Source: Bacteroides uniformis
Lineage (GTDB): Bacteria; Bacillota_I; Bacilli_A; RFN20; CAG-288
Assembly: GCA_963600815.1 (NCBI GenBank)
Contig: CAVCCX010000002.1
Span: forward strand, 16,033-80,032
Direction: 5' to 3'
Length of the DNA stretch: 64,000 nt
Part shown: piece by piece, positions 27,994 to 38,016 of the stretch
How positions within the stretch are numbered: position 1 is the stretch's first letter
Layout: each line of letters begins with the position of its first letter
Translations under genes and position numbers: made by a program
The notes under the pieces: model-generated
Told to the model about the DNA's origin: nothing
What the model saw: only the letters and a program-made list of their open reading frames with translations
Databases searched by the model: none

Positions 27994-30002
27994 TGTTCTT
28001 CTTTTTTGCATTCCTGTTCTTTCTGATTGGTTTGCTCTCTTCTCTCTTTTCCCCTTTTCTTCTTTTTCTTGCTCTTCTTCCTTTTTCCTATCTCTTCTTC
28101 TTTAGAAAAGAAAAAAGAGCCATCTATTTCCTACTTTTCACAATGTTGGGCTTCCTTCTTGTCTTCCTTCTTCCGAAAGGAAATGCCGATGTGAAAAGTC
28201 TTTATGGCATCGTCATCGAAAGAAAAGACACGTATTGTCTTGTCCTATCCTGGCATGGAAAATACTATCTTTCCGACAAGGAAGGAAGTCTTTCCCTCTT
28301 CGACTTCATCCATATCGAAGGCTATGCACAGAAGATATCCATCACCCATTATGAATCCATCTTCGATTTCAGAAACTATCTTAAGACAAAAGGCGTGTTC
28401 TATGAATTCAAGAAAAAGAGTTCATCCGTCTATTTTCAGAATCCGATTTCCAATGTTCCACTGAAGAACTACCTTTTCCAGTCCCTTTCCGAAGATGGGA
28501 GGATCTTCATCTCCGCTCTCTTGTGCGGAGATTCCATTTCCAATCTCAGCAATAGCAAAGACTTTGACGAACTTGGCATCCTTTCTGCCATTTCCCTATC
28601 CGGTTTTCATATCTCTTTTCTTTTCTCTTCCATACAGTTCTTTCTGAAAGAGGAGCAGAAAAAGAAATTCTGCTATTTCGAATTCCCGTTTCTTTTTCTT
28701 CTTCTCTTTCTATCCGGATGGAAATATTCCATCCGAAGAATCTTTCTGATGCATCTTCTTTCCTTTCTGAATCAAAAAAAGAAATGGAATCTTCTCTATA
28801 TCGACCGGGTGTCCATCGTTGCCTTTCTTCTTTTATTCTTTGAGCCCTATTCCCTATTGAATGGTGCTTTCTATTATCCTTTTCCTCTTCTTTTCTTCCT
28901 TGCCCTCTTTCAGGAAAAAGGCAAGAAAGAGAAAAAATCTTTCCCTATCCTCATTTTTCTCTTCTTTCTACCCTATCGGATGACGCAAAGTCCAAAATTT
29001 CATTTTCTTTCCCCATTGCTCAGTCTTTTCTTCATTCCGATCAGCCATGCCTTGTTTTTGTCTTCGTTCCTTCTTTTCCTGGTTCCCCAGTTTGGCATCG
29101 TCCTAGACAAGATTCTTTCAGGGCTTTTCTTTCTTATGGAGAAAATCGCATCGGTTCCTTTTTATGCTGTCAATGGAGAACCATCCATTCTCTTTTTTGT
29201 TCTCTATTATTTCTTTTTTATCGGAATCTTTCTTTTCAGGCAATACCACTTCGACAAATATCGAAAAGTGTGTATGCTTAGTCTTTCCATCGTCTTTCTT
29301 TCTTCTTTTCTTCCGGACATATTTCCCCATAACAGCGTCACTTTCCTGGATGTCGGACAGGGGGATAGCACGCTTGTCCGCTACAAGAACTACAACTTCC
29401 TGATCGATACCGGAGGAAATGTCAAAATCGACTTGGCAGAAGAATGTCTTATTCCCTATCTCGAAAAAAAGAAGATTCGAAAGCTCGATATGGTCATCAT
29501 CACCCATTCAGACTATGACCACAATGGCGCACTTGAATCTTTGAAGAATCATTTCCGTGTCGAATGCACCTATACCCAGGATGACTTCCTTCTCATGGAG
29601 AACAACACTCTTGATTTCCATGGCCTAGCCATCAGAGACTACAATCTCTATGGAAGCTATGGAGACAACAGCGACAACAACCTCAATTCCGGCGTCTATC
29701 AGTTCGCCATCAAAGGAAAGTCTATTCTAATCATGGGCGATGCACCAAAGGAAATCGAATACAAGATTATCAAGAGCCATCCGGAACTAAGGTGCGATGT
29801 GATCAAAATCGGACACCATGGATCAAACACCTCCTCCTCAAAGGAATTCCTAAGTCAAGTCTCTCCTTCTTTAGCCATCATTTCCTGTGGAGAGAACAAT
29901 CGCTACAAGCATCCACACAAAGAAACCATCAGCACCCTCGAATCCCTGAACATCCCCTATGTCCGGACAGATGAAGTCGGAACGTATACCTATCGTCTCT
30001 AG
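27993..30002 (+). CDS. comEC: DNA internalisation competence protein ComEC/Rec2
   Basis: 669 aa. Polytopic membrane region followed by a metallo-beta-lactamase domain VTFLDVGQGDSTLV...ITHSDYDHNGA...KIGHHGS. ATGA overlap with comEA. Confidence 0.88.
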   Translation: MFFFFAFLFFLIGLLSSLFSPFLLFLALLPFSYLFFFRKEKRAIYFLLFTMLGFLLVFLLPKGNADVKSLYGIVIERKDTYCLVLSWHGKYYLSDKEGSLSLFDFIHIEGYAQKISITHYESIFDFRNYLKTKGVFYEFKKKSSSVYFQNPISNVPLKNYLFQSLSEDGRIFISALLCGDSISNLSNSKDFDELGILSAISLSGFHISFLFSSIQFFLKEEQKKKFCYFEFPFLFLLLFLSGWKYSIRRIFLMHLLSFLNQKKKWNLLYIDRVSIVAFLLLFFEPYSLLNGAFYYPFPLLFFLALFQEKGKKEKKSFPILIFLFFLPYRMTQSPKFHFLSPLLSLFFIPISHALFLSSFLLFLVPQFGIVLDKILSGLFFLMEKIASVPFYAVNGEPSILFFVLYYFFFIGIFLFRQYHFDKYRKVCMLSLSIVFLSSFLPDIFPHNSVTFLDVGQGDSTLVRYKNYNFLIDTGGNVKIDLAEECLIPYLEKKKIRKLDMVIITHSDYDHNGALESLKNHFRVECTYTQDDFLLMENNTLDFHGLAIRDYNLYGSYGDNSDNNLNSGVYQFAIKGKSILIMGDAPKEIEYKIIKSHPELRCDVIKIGHHGSNTSSSKEFLSQVSPSLAIISCGENNRYKHPHKETISTLESLNIPYVRTDEVGTYTYRL

Positions 30003-30070
30003 AATCCCTCTTTTTTGCATGAAAAAGAAGATGAAATTCAATTATTGTCAACAAAAGGCAATCGTCTTGT

Positions 30071-30099
30071 TTGTAAATGAAAAGAATTGCATTTATAAT
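30071..30099 (+). promoter_or_regulatory. Sigma-A promoter TTGTAA-17-TATAAT immediately upstream of coaX
   Basis: -35 at 30071-30076 and -10 at 30094-30099. The coaX ATG is at 30109, 10 nt past the -10, with no SD. Confidence 0.5.
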
Positions 30100-30108
30100 T
30101 GTTTTGCT

Positions 30109-30861
30109 ATGAAAGAAAAAATCCTGCTAGCCGATATCGGAAATACATCCATCGATTTTGCCTTCTATGAAAATGAGAATCTTTTTGGAATCAGAAAAAT
30201 CAAAATCCAGGAAAAAGATGAGATTCTCGGATTCCTTTTTAAGAATCTTCATGACATTTCACGATGTCTTATTTCATCCGTCAACCAGAAAGGACTCTCT
30301 CTTCTTCTTGATGCGATAAAAAAAGAAGAGATTCCCTACAGGGTCATCGATTCCATCCTCATGGATGAATATTGCAAGAAATATGGCTATACCATCAAAA
30401 ACACCGCCTATCTAGGAAGCGATCTCTTCTTGGATGTCATTGCAAGAGAAGAGGCGCCACAGATCATCATCGATCTAGGAACCGTAGGAAAAATCCTTTA
30501 TCTGGATGAAAAGAAGGTCTTTCATGGAGCATCCATCTTTCCGGATATCCAGATGTTCATGAAGATGATGAACCAGGGTACCGAACAGCTCAATGAAACC
30601 ATCCTGAAGGAAAATCCGCCCCTTGTCTCCCTCAAGACCGATGAATGCATGTCATCCGGAACCATCTATGGAATGGCAAGCCTGGTTTCCGGAATGGCAA
30701 GAAGAATCCTGGAGGAATATCATCTAGAGAAGTGTACGATCCTTCTGACAGGAGGGTATGCACCCTTCATCAAGGAGGTCCTGAAAAATTTCCATATGCC
30801 GGATTTCCAATACGTAGAAGATCTCTGTCTGGAAGGAATGATTCGTTTGATAAAGAGGTAA
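30109..30861 (+). CDS. coaX: Type III pantothenate kinase
   Basis: N-terminus MKEKILLADIGNTSIDFA (the DxGNT signature of CoaX) and an ASKHA-fold-like remainder. The upstream part of the track ORF (29959) is unlikely to be coding. Confidence 0.85.
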   Translation: MKEKILLADIGNTSIDFAFYENENLFGIRKIKIQEKDEILGFLFKNLHDISRCLISSVNQKGLSLLLDAIKKEEIPYRVIDSILMDEYCKKYGYTIKNTAYLGSDLFLDVIAREEAPQIIIDLGTVGKILYLDEKKVFHGASIFPDIQMFMKMMNQGTEQLNETILKENPPLVSLKTDECMSSGTIYGMASLVSGMARRILEEYHLEKCTILLTGGYAPFIKEVLKNFHMPDFQYVEDLCLEGMIRLIKR

Positions 30862-32291
30862 TGAAAATGAAAGAAAATGCAAATCCAGTCAAAATCAATG
30901 ACACAAAATGGAGAAAACTGGTCGATCCGTATAAAGAAGAAGCCTTCAAATCCTTAAAGGAACTTGTCGCCATCCCATCCGTCCTGGATGAGACAACCAA
31001 AAGCGAGAAAGCACCTTTCGGAAAAGGCGTGGATGAAGCTTTAGCTTATGTCGCCGAACTTGGAAAGAAGATGGGATTCAAAGTCGATCGCTGCGACAAT
31101 TATGTCACCGAACTCTCCTATGGAGAAGGAGACAAGACACTCGATATCTATGGACACTGCGATGTCGTCCCGGTCAAGAAGGAAAATTGGACCGGCGATC
31201 CTTTCACACTCCGCCTTGAAGAAGGAAACACCATGTATGGAAGAGGAACCTCCGATGACAAAGGTCCGGCTTTAGCCTGTCTTTATGCCGTCAAGGCCTT
31301 GATGGACAACAACATGCTTGGCGGATACAAGCTTCGCTTCCTTTTTGGAGGAAATGAAGAGAACGATTCCCTCTGCCTGAAGCATTATTTCGAAGAGATG
31401 AAGAAGGATTATCCAACCCTCGGATTCTCTCCAGACGCCGACTATCCTTTGATTTATGGCGAAAAATCCATCTATGCCTATAAGGCTTCCTATCCGGCAA
31501 CGATTCTCGGACTTGGAAACTTCACCATTGGTTCCGCACTGAACATCGTTCCAGCCGAAGCGAGCTGTGAAGTCTCTCTCCACCAGGAAGACATCAAAAA
31601 AGCATTGCCAGAATATTTATCCAGACACAAGAAAGTCACCGCCTCTTTCGATGGAAAGACATTGAAATTCTTTGGGAAACCCTATCACGGCTCCATGCCA
31701 TGGAACGGTGTCAATGCCGGACTCTACATGTTCCATTTCTTAGGCGAAGTCTTCGGAAATAAAACCCTGATCAATATCTTCTATTCCTATCATGATGGAA
31801 TGGGTGAAAGTTTCAAGGGAAACTTCAAGAATGAATATTTCAGTGAAACTTCCTACAACGTCGGAAGAATCCAGTATGATGGCGCTTCTTTGGATGTCTA
31901 TGTCAATGTCCGTTTCCCCAGCGATATGAAAGTCAAAACCGTCTTAGACAATGTCCATGACAAGACCCATGCCAATATCACCCTTTTAGGCGGAAGCGAT
32001 GGCTTTGTCGCTGATCCGAATTCCGATTTCATCAAGATTCTTCTTAACGCCTATCAGAAAGAAACCGGGGATATGGAAAGCAAGCCTTTAGCCATCGGTG
32101 GCGGCACCTATGCCAGAGAAAGCAAGAACTCCGTCGCCTTTGGTGCCCAGTTCCCGAACAGAGACTATCGCATGCACGGTGATGATGAATTCTTCCCGCT
32201 ATCGGACTTCTATGACAATATGCAGATCTATGCCCACGCCATCTATGATTTGGGCGAATATCTCAAATCCGGAAAGAAATCCAAGAAATGA
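30861..32291 (+). CDS. pepV: Dipeptidase PepV (M20 family)
   Basis: HCDVVP, GRGTSDDKGPALA and GGNEEN blocks. TAATG overlap with coaX. The track ORF start at 30645 overlaps coaX and is rejected. Confidence 0.88.
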   Translation: MKMKENANPVKINDTKWRKLVDPYKEEAFKSLKELVAIPSVLDETTKSEKAPFGKGVDEALAYVAELGKKMGFKVDRCDNYVTELSYGEGDKTLDIYGHCDVVPVKKENWTGDPFTLRLEEGNTMYGRGTSDDKGPALACLYAVKALMDNNMLGGYKLRFLFGGNEENDSLCLKHYFEEMKKDYPTLGFSPDADYPLIYGEKSIYAYKASYPATILGLGNFTIGSALNIVPAEASCEVSLHQEDIKKALPEYLSRHKKVTASFDGKTLKFFGKPYHGSMPWNGVNAGLYMFHFLGEVFGNKTLINIFYSYHDGMGESFKGNFKNEYFSETSYNVGRIQYDGASLDVYVNVRFPSDMKVKTVLDNVHDKTHANITLLGGSDGFVADPNSDFIKILLNAYQKETGDMESKPLAIGGGTYARESKNSVAFGAQFPNRDYRMHGDDEFFPLSDFYDNMQIYAHAIYDLGEYLKSGKKSKK

Positions 32292-32932
32292 GACTACGAC
32301 ACCGCAAATGGGCTGACCAAGTCCTCAATGACAACAAAGATATCGCTCGAGACCTCTCCGACCTCGATATCGAGGATATCAAGACCTACTCTTCCTTGGA
32401 AATCGGATCGGGACAGGGGGGATTCCTCATGGAAGTCTCCAAGATCGAACCCGAGAAGAAATACCTCGGTGTCGAAATCAACCGAAATGCATTCGCTCTG
32501 GCTGTCAAGCATCTATCGAGCATCAAGGAAGACCATCACAACTTCATGATCCTGAATGCACCGATTGAGCGTATCTTCCCCCTGATTGAAGAAAATCAGC
32601 TGGACAATATCTATCTCAACTTCTCCGATCCCTGGCCAAAGAAGAAACAGCATCATCGAAGACTGACCTATCCCACGCTTCAGAAGGAATATTTCCGTAT
32701 CCTGAAAGAAGACGGAACCCTATATTTTCGTACAGACAATACGGACTTATTCAACGATTCCATCGAATATTTCAATCAGGCCGATCTCTTCGACTATGAA
32801 ATCATCTGCCCCTTCTATTCAGAAAAGGTCGACTATCTTCCACCCACCGAATACGAGAAGAAATTCCGTGCCCAGGGCGTCGACATCCATGTCCTCATCG
32901 CCCATAAGAAAAAGAAAGAACAGCCGAGATAA
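32288..32932 (+). CDS. trmB: tRNA (guanine-N7)-methyltransferase
   Basis: LEIGSGQGGFL SAM motif, YLNFSDPWPKKKQHHRRL and TDN..LF blocks. ATGA overlap with pepV. Confidence 0.92.
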   Translation: MRLRHRKWADQVLNDNKDIARDLSDLDIEDIKTYSSLEIGSGQGGFLMEVSKIEPEKKYLGVEINRNAFALAVKHLSSIKEDHHNFMILNAPIERIFPLIEENQLDNIYLNFSDPWPKKKQHHRRLTYPTLQKEYFRILKEDGTLYFRTDNTDLFNDSIEYFNQADLFDYEIICPFYSEKVDYLPPTEYEKKFRAQGVDIHVLIAHKKKKEQPR

Positions 32933-32958
32933 CGAGTCCATCCCGGGCTCGTTTTTTT
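32933..32958 (+). terminator. Rho-independent terminator after trmB
   Basis: cgagtcc/gggctcg stem followed by T7. Confidence 0.75.
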
Positions 32959-33045
32959 CATGCCTGTTTCCTTCCCTAAATACCTTATTTATACCATGGG
33001 AAGGAAAGCAGAGCGACGAAAATATTTCAATAAAATTAGCACTCT

Positions 33046-33072
33046 ACTATTGCATTTGCTAAAATTGCGTAT
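33046..33072 (+). promoter_or_regulatory. CIRCE-like operator 1 (half-degenerate)
   Basis: TTAGCACTC-N9-ATTTGCTAA against consensus TTAGCACTC-N9-GAGTGCTAA. The left arm is perfect and the right arm matches 6/9. Confidence 0.6.
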
Positions 33073-33081
33073 ATAATATTT

Positions 33082-33107
33082 CTAGCATTCAGAAAAGTGA
33101 GTGCTAC
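33082..33107 (+). promoter_or_regulatory. CIRCE-like operator 2 (8-nt spacer)
   Basis: CTAGCATTC-N8-GAGTGCTAC, directly upstream of the hrcA SD. TATAAT at 33072-33077 lies between the two elements. Confidence 0.6.
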
Positions 33108-33117
33108 GGAGGGCGGT

Positions 33118-34242
33118 ATGAAGACAGAAAGAAAAGACGAAATCCTCAAATATATCGTTGAAGAATTCATCCGAACCGCTCAGCCGGTCGGAAGCAAATC
33201 CCTTTTGAGCCGATACAACATGGACTGCTCCAGTGCGACGATCCGCAATGCGATGGTCGAACTCGAAAAAGACGGCATGCTTGAAAAGACGCATGTCTCC
33301 TCTGGAAGAGTCCCATCCGCCAAAGGGTACCAATACTATCTCGACCATCTCGACAATTCATCCCTGATGAATTCCGTCGATCTCGAATTCCAGAGAGAAT
33401 TCCAGGAAGTCCTGAAGAACAAATCCCGATCCGTCGAGGATGTCATCTCCAAGTCCTGCCAGATGCTCTCGGAAATGACGAATATGGCCACGGTCGTTCT
33501 CGGTCCGAAGAGTTCGAACGAAACATTGATTTCCGTCCAGCTGCTCAAGCTGAATGAAAACAGTGCCATGGGCATCTTCATCACCGATTCCGGCTATGTC
33601 GAAAAGAAGACCTTCGTCATCAATCCCAAAGATGGCGTCACGTTCAATCAGCTGACCAACACGATGGCCATGCTCAATGAACGTCTTGCCGGCACAAAGA
33701 TCTCCGATCTCGAAGCCAAGGCAAAGGCTCTCCAGCCGATTGCCTCGAAGACATTCGGAAAAGGTGGTGACATCATCATGGAAGCCTTCCTCCAGGCCCT
33801 TGTCTCTTTCACTCGGAAGAGATATGAAGTCTACGGGGAAAAGAACCTGCTCTCGCTTCCGGAATTCAGCAACAGCAAGGAATCCTTCATCAATGCCTAC
33901 GATGCCTTGCAGGATCCCAATGCCCTCGAAAAGAATTTCGCGGGACAGGATGACTTAGGAAGCGTCAACGTTTCCTTCACCAATGAAAACAAAGGTGACT
34001 TCGCCATCGTCTCCAAGAAGTTCAATGGCAAAGACCAGCTGGCCGTCGTCGGTCCGAAGAGAATGGACTACAAGAAAGTTCTCTCCGCCCTAGAATATAT
34101 CGTCTATATGCTGGATCGATACTATTTCTCAGACGGACACAATTCCTCCTCACTGGTTCCCGTTTCCACTCCGAAGGAAGTCATCGATGAGAAACCAGGA
34201 AAGAAGAAAAAACAACCCTCGAAGAAAGGAGTCAAAAAATGA
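33118..34242 (+). CDS. hrcA: Heat-inducible transcription repressor HrcA
   Basis: N-terminal winged helix RKDEILKYIVEEFIRTAQPVGSK and ...SSATIRNAMVELEKDGMLEKTHVSSGRVPS. ATG 33118 is preceded by ggaggg. First gene of hrcA-grpE-dnaK-dnaJ. Confidence 0.93.
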   Translation: MKTERKDEILKYIVEEFIRTAQPVGSKSLLSRYNMDCSSATIRNAMVELEKDGMLEKTHVSSGRVPSAKGYQYYLDHLDNSSLMNSVDLEFQREFQEVLKNKSRSVEDVISKSCQMLSEMTNMATVVLGPKSSNETLISVQLLKLNENSAMGIFITDSGYVEKKTFVINPKDGVTFNQLTNTMAMLNERLAGTKISDLEAKAKALQPIASKTFGKGGDIIMEAFLQALVSFTRKRYEVYGEKNLLSLPEFSNSKESFINAYDALQDPNALEKNFAGQDDLGSVNVSFTNENKGDFAIVSKKFNGKDQLAVVGPKRMDYKKVLSALEYIVYMLDRYYFSDGHNSSSLVPVSTPKEVIDEKPGKKKKQPSKKGVKK

Positions 34243-34892
34243 GTGAAGAAAAAGAAAATGAAATCCCTGTGACAGACAAGAAAGAAGAGAAGGAAAAAGA
34301 AGAAAAGAAAGATTCCAAGAAGGAGGCCTATGAAAACGAGATTGCCGAATTGAAGAAGAAAGTCTTCGATTACCAGGCAAAGTTCGAAGAGGCCGACAAG
34401 AAGGCGGATGAATGGAAAAACAAATATTACCAGGTCTACGCCGACATGTCCAACACCAGAAAGCAGCTCGAGAAGGAATCGGCGGATTTCAAGAAATATG
34501 CCAAGAAATCCCTCATCGAGGAACTGATTCCGGCACTCGATGGCTTCGACATGGCTCTGAAGAAAGAGCCTGAAGATGAAACCCTGAAGAAATATCTCCA
34601 AGGCTTCAAGATGATCCACACGAAGCTCATCGAAGTCCTCAAGAGCCAAAATGTGACCATCGTCTCGCCCAAGCCGGGCGATGACTACGATCCGAATACG
34701 ATGCAGGCCTTCTCCACCGTCGAAGGCGAGGAAGACAACAAGGTCGCCGATGTCTTCACCAAGGGATATCAGATGTACGAGCATCTGCTCCGTCCATGCG
34801 GTGTCATCGTGACCAAGAAGAAAGAAGAAAAAGTCGAAGAAAAGAAATCTGATTCCCCTGAAAAGGAATCCGAAGCAGAGAAAGCTGAATAA
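34239..34892 (+). CDS. grpE: Nucleotide exchange factor GrpE
   Basis: Charged N-terminus, LIEELIPALDGFDMAL and a C-terminal beta domain ending GVIVTK. ATGA overlap with hrcA. Confidence 0.92.
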   Translation: MSEEKENEIPVTDKKEEKEKEEKKDSKKEAYENEIAELKKKVFDYQAKFEEADKKADEWKNKYYQVYADMSNTRKQLEKESADFKKYAKKSLIEELIPALDGFDMALKKEPEDETLKKYLQGFKMIHTKLIEVLKSQNVTIVSPKPGDDYDPNTMQAFSTVEGEEDNKVADVFTKGYQMYEHLLRPCGVIVTKKKEEKVEEKKSDSPEKESEAEKAE

Positions 34893-34913
34893 CCACTATA
34901 GGAGGTAAATATT

Positions 34914-36779
34914 ATGGCTAAAGAAATTATCTTAGGTATCGATTTAGGTACAACAAACTCTGTCGTTTCGTATATGCAGGATGACCATGGCGTCAAGGTC
35001 ATTCCTTCTCCGGAAGGAACCAACACCTGCCCGAGCGTCGTCTCTTTCAAGAAGGATGGCGAGGAAATCGTCGGCAATGCCGCAAAGCGTATGCTTTTGA
35101 CCAACCCCGACACCATTCACTCCATCAAGAGAAAGATGGGTACAAGAGAAATGACCCATATCGCCTGTATCAACAAGGATTTCACACCAGAGGAAATCTC
35201 TGCAAAAATCCTTTCCTATATGAAGTCGTATGCTGAAAAGTATCTCGGCCAGACCGTCAGCAAGGCCGTCATCACCTGCCCTGCCTACTTCAATGATGAC
35301 CAGAGACAGGCCACCAAGAATGCCGGTACCATCGCTGGCTTGGATGTCGTCCGTGTCATCTCCGAACCGACCGCAGCCGCTTTGGCTTATGGCATGGATT
35401 CGAAGAAGTCCGGAAAGATTCTCGTCTTCGATTTGGGCGGCGGAACCTTGGATGTCTCCATCCTCGATATCGGCGATGGAACCTTCGAAGTTCTTTCCAC
35501 CTCGGGTGATACCCAGCTTGGTGGCGATGACTGGGATAACCATGTCATCGATTGGCTGATTGGAGAAATCTCCAGTCAGTGCGGCATCAACATCTCCAAG
35601 AACAACCCGAGCGACCGTCCAACCCTTCAGCGTCTGAGAGATGAAGCCGAAAAGGCCAAGATCAACCTTTCTGCCCAGACCGAGACCATCATCTCCCTTC
35701 CGTACATCGGATTCAAGGATGGTGCCCCTGTCAACTTCGAAACCACCCTCACCAGAGCCAAGTTCCAGGATTTGACTGCTGACTTGATCAACCGCTGCAA
35801 ACAGCCGTTCGAAAAAGCTTTGAGCGATGCCAAACTCTCTGTTGCCGATTTGACCGATGTCATCCTCGTCGGCGGTTCGACCCGTATGCCTGCTGTCGTC
35901 GACCTCGTCACCCGTCTTTGCAACGGCAAGAAGCCAAATCAGTCTGTCAACCCCGATGAAGCCGTCTCTGTCGGTGCCGCTGTCCAGGGCGGTGTCATCC
36001 GTGGCGATGTCAAGGATGTCGTCCTTCTCGATGTCACGCCTCTGACCCTCGGTTTGGAAACCTTGGGTGGCGTCATGACTCCTCTCATTCCAAGAAATAC
36101 CACCATTCCGACCACCAGAAGCCAGGTCTTCTCCACAGCTGAAGACAATCAGCCAGGTGTCGAAATCCAGGTCTTCCAGGGTGAACGTCCAATGGCCCAG
36201 GACAACAAGTTCTTAGGCCGCTTCAAATTGGAAGGCATCCGTCCGGCAAGACGTGGTGAACCGAGAATTCAGGTCACCTTCTCCATCGATGTCAACGGTA
36301 TCGTCTCCGTCTCCGCAAAGGATCTGGATACGAACCAGGAACAGCACATCACCATCTCCAACTCCTCCGGCTTGAGCAAGGAAGAAATCGACCGCATGGT
36401 CAAGGAAGCCGAAGCCAACAAGGATGCCGATGACAAGAGAAAGAAAGATGCCGACACCAGAAATGAAGCTCAGCAACTGATTGACTCCATCGACCGTCAG
36501 GTCAATGACAAGGATCATCCGATCGACGAGAACACCAAAGCCTCCGCTTTGAAGATCCGCGATGAAATCAAGGATGCCTTGGACAAGAATGACCTCGACA
36601 CCGTCCGTGCCAAGATTGCCCAGCTCCAGCAGGCTGCCAACCAGGTCTATCAGGCCCAGGCCAACCAGACAGCCAATGCCTCTTCTTCCACCGCTGGCGG
36701 AAATGCCCAGTCCACTGCTACGGATAACAATGATCCGCATGTCGTGGATGCAACCTTCACAGAAAAGAAAGACAACTGA
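34914..36779 (+). CDS. dnaK: Molecular chaperone DnaK
   Basis: [19 protein letters not shown] and [11 protein letters not shown] Hsp70 signatures. SD aggagg. Confidence 0.98.
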   Translation: MAKEIILGIDLGTTNSVVSYMQDDHGVKVIPSPEGTNTCPSVVSFKKDGEEIVGNAAKRMLLTNPDTIHSIKRKMGTREMTHIACINKDFTPEEISAKILSYMKSYAEKYLGQTVSKAVITCPAYFNDDQRQATKNAGTIAGLDVVRVISEPTAAALAYGMDSKKSGKILVFDLGGGTLDVSILDIGDGTFEVLSTSGDTQLGGDDWDNHVIDWLIGEISSQCGINISKNNPSDRPTLQRLRDEAEKAKINLSAQTETIISLPYIGFKDGAPVNFETTLTRAKFQDLTADLINRCKQPFEKALSDAKLSVADLTDVILVGGSTRMPAVVDLVTRLCNGKKPNQSVNPDEAVSVGAAVQGGVIRGDVKDVVLLDVTPLTLGLETLGGVMTPLIPRNTTIPTTRSQVFSTAEDNQPGVEIQVFQGERPMAQDNKFLGRFKLEGIRPARRGEPRIQVTFSIDVNGIVSVSAKDLDTNQEQHITISNSSGLSKEEIDRMVKEAEANKDADDKRKKDADTRNEAQQLIDSIDRQVNDKDHPIDENTKASALKIRDEIKDALDKNDLDTVRAKIAQLQQAANQVYQAQANQTANASSSTAGGNAQSTATDNNDPHVVDATFTEKKDN

Positions 36780-36792
36780 TAAATTCGGAAGC

Positions 36793-36817
36793 AAGCCCGG
36801 AACGCATTTCCGGGCTT
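36793..36817 (+). promoter_or_regulatory. Stable hairpin between dnaK and dnaJ (no U-tract)
   Basis: aagcccggaa/ttccgggctt 10-bp stem with a 5-nt loop. It may act as a partial terminator or processing/stability element. Confidence 0.5.
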
Positions 36818-36841
36818 ATTCCTTAAATAGGAGGATTCTCT

Positions 36842-37972
36842 ATGGCAGAAAACAAACGCGACTACTATGAAGTTCTAGGTATCAACAAGACTGCCACCCA
36901 GGATGAGATCAAAAGCGCCTATCGAAAACTGGCCAAGCAATACCATCCTGACTTGAACAAATCACCGGATGCTCCCGCCAAATTCAAGGAAGTCCAGGAA
37001 GCCTACGAGGTTCTAAGCGACCAGCAGAAACGTGCCCAATACGATCAGTTTGGATTCGCTGCGTTCGACAACAACGGCGCCAATGGATTCCAGCAGGGAT
37101 TCAATGGGTTCCAGCAAGGCGACTTTGGAGACTTCGGGGACATCAACGATATCTTCTCTTCCTTCTTCGGAGGAGGCTCCTCTCGAGCCAGAAGAAGCAA
37201 CATGCCAAGAACAGGCGAAGATAAGGTTGTCCAGGTCAAGATCAATTTCGATCAGGCCGTCAGGGGAACCAAAGTCGATATTCCTCTTTCCTATGTCCAG
37301 ACCTGTCCGACCTGTCACGGAAGCGGTGCAAAATCACCCGATGATGTCACCACCTGCTCCACATGCCACGGCTCGGGAAGAGTCCGGACGAGAAGACAGA
37401 CCATCTTCGGCGTCATGGAAAGCGAAGAAGAATGTCCGACTTGCCACGGCAAGGGAAAGACCGTCAAGAAATACTGCGATCATTGCCATGGTTCGGGAAG
37501 AGTGCAGGTCAATGAGACCATCACCGTGAATATCCCACAGGGTGTCGATACGGGTGATACCATCCGCATCGCCGGAAAAGGCGAACCGGGCATCAACGGC
37601 GGTGAAAGCGGAAGCCTGATCATTCAGATTTCCGTCTCGCCATCCCAGACCTTCGTCAGAAAGGGAGCGGATGTCTACATCAACGCTCCGATTTCCTATA
37701 CGGATGCCCTTCTTGGTGCCACCGTGACTGTTCCGACCGTCACTGGGGATTGTGACCTTGTCATTCCACCCTGCACAGAACCGAATACGATTCTCCGCAT
37801 GGCCGGAAAAGGAATCACGACACCCAAGGGCAAAGTCGGAAACCAATATGTCACCATCAATGTCAAGTTCCCAAAGACACTCAACAATGAGCAGAAGGAA
37901 CTCATCAAGAAGCTCGATGAGATTGAGACCAAAAAAGGTGGCTTCTTCAATTGGTTCAAGAAGAAGAAATAA
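36842..37972 (+). CDS. dnaJ: Molecular chaperone DnaJ
   Basis: J domain DYYEVLGI...YHPDLN, G/F region, and four CxxCxGxG repeats ([32 protein letters not shown]). Confidence 0.97.
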   Translation: MAENKRDYYEVLGINKTATQDEIKSAYRKLAKQYHPDLNKSPDAPAKFKEVQEAYEVLSDQQKRAQYDQFGFAAFDNNGANGFQQGFNGFQQGDFGDFGDINDIFSSFFGGGSSRARRSNMPRTGEDKVVQVKINFDQAVRGTKVDIPLSYVQTCPTCHGSGAKSPDDVTTCSTCHGSGRVRTRRQTIFGVMESEEECPTCHGKGKTVKKYCDHCHGSGRVQVNETITVNIPQGVDTGDTIRIAGKGEPGINGGESGSLIIQISVSPSQTFVRKGADVYINAPISYTDALLGATVTVPTVTGDCDLVIPPCTEPNTILRMAGKGITTPKGKVGNQYVTINVKFPKTLNNEQKELIKKLDEIETKKGGFFNWFKKKK

Positions 37973-37983
37973 GATGATTCTGA

Positions 37984-38010
37984 AAAAAGAGGGTTCGCGC
38001 CCTCTTTTTT
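37984..38010. terminator. Bidirectional terminator between dnaJ and fbp
   Basis: aaaaagaggg...ccctctttttt hairpin flanked by an A-run and a T-run. Confidence 0.8.
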
Positions 38011-38016
38011 GCATGT

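Noticed and set aside
30645-30860. N-terminal extension of the pepV ORF (track start 30645), and the extension of the coaX ORF (29959-30108)
   Set aside because: The extensions overlap the preceding genes and carry no family motifs. The canonical N-termini start at 30861 (TAATG coupling) and 30109.
34122-34784. 220-aa ORF antisense to grpE
   Set aside because: It is a shadow frame of the charged GrpE N-terminus, with no start context and no recognisable motif.
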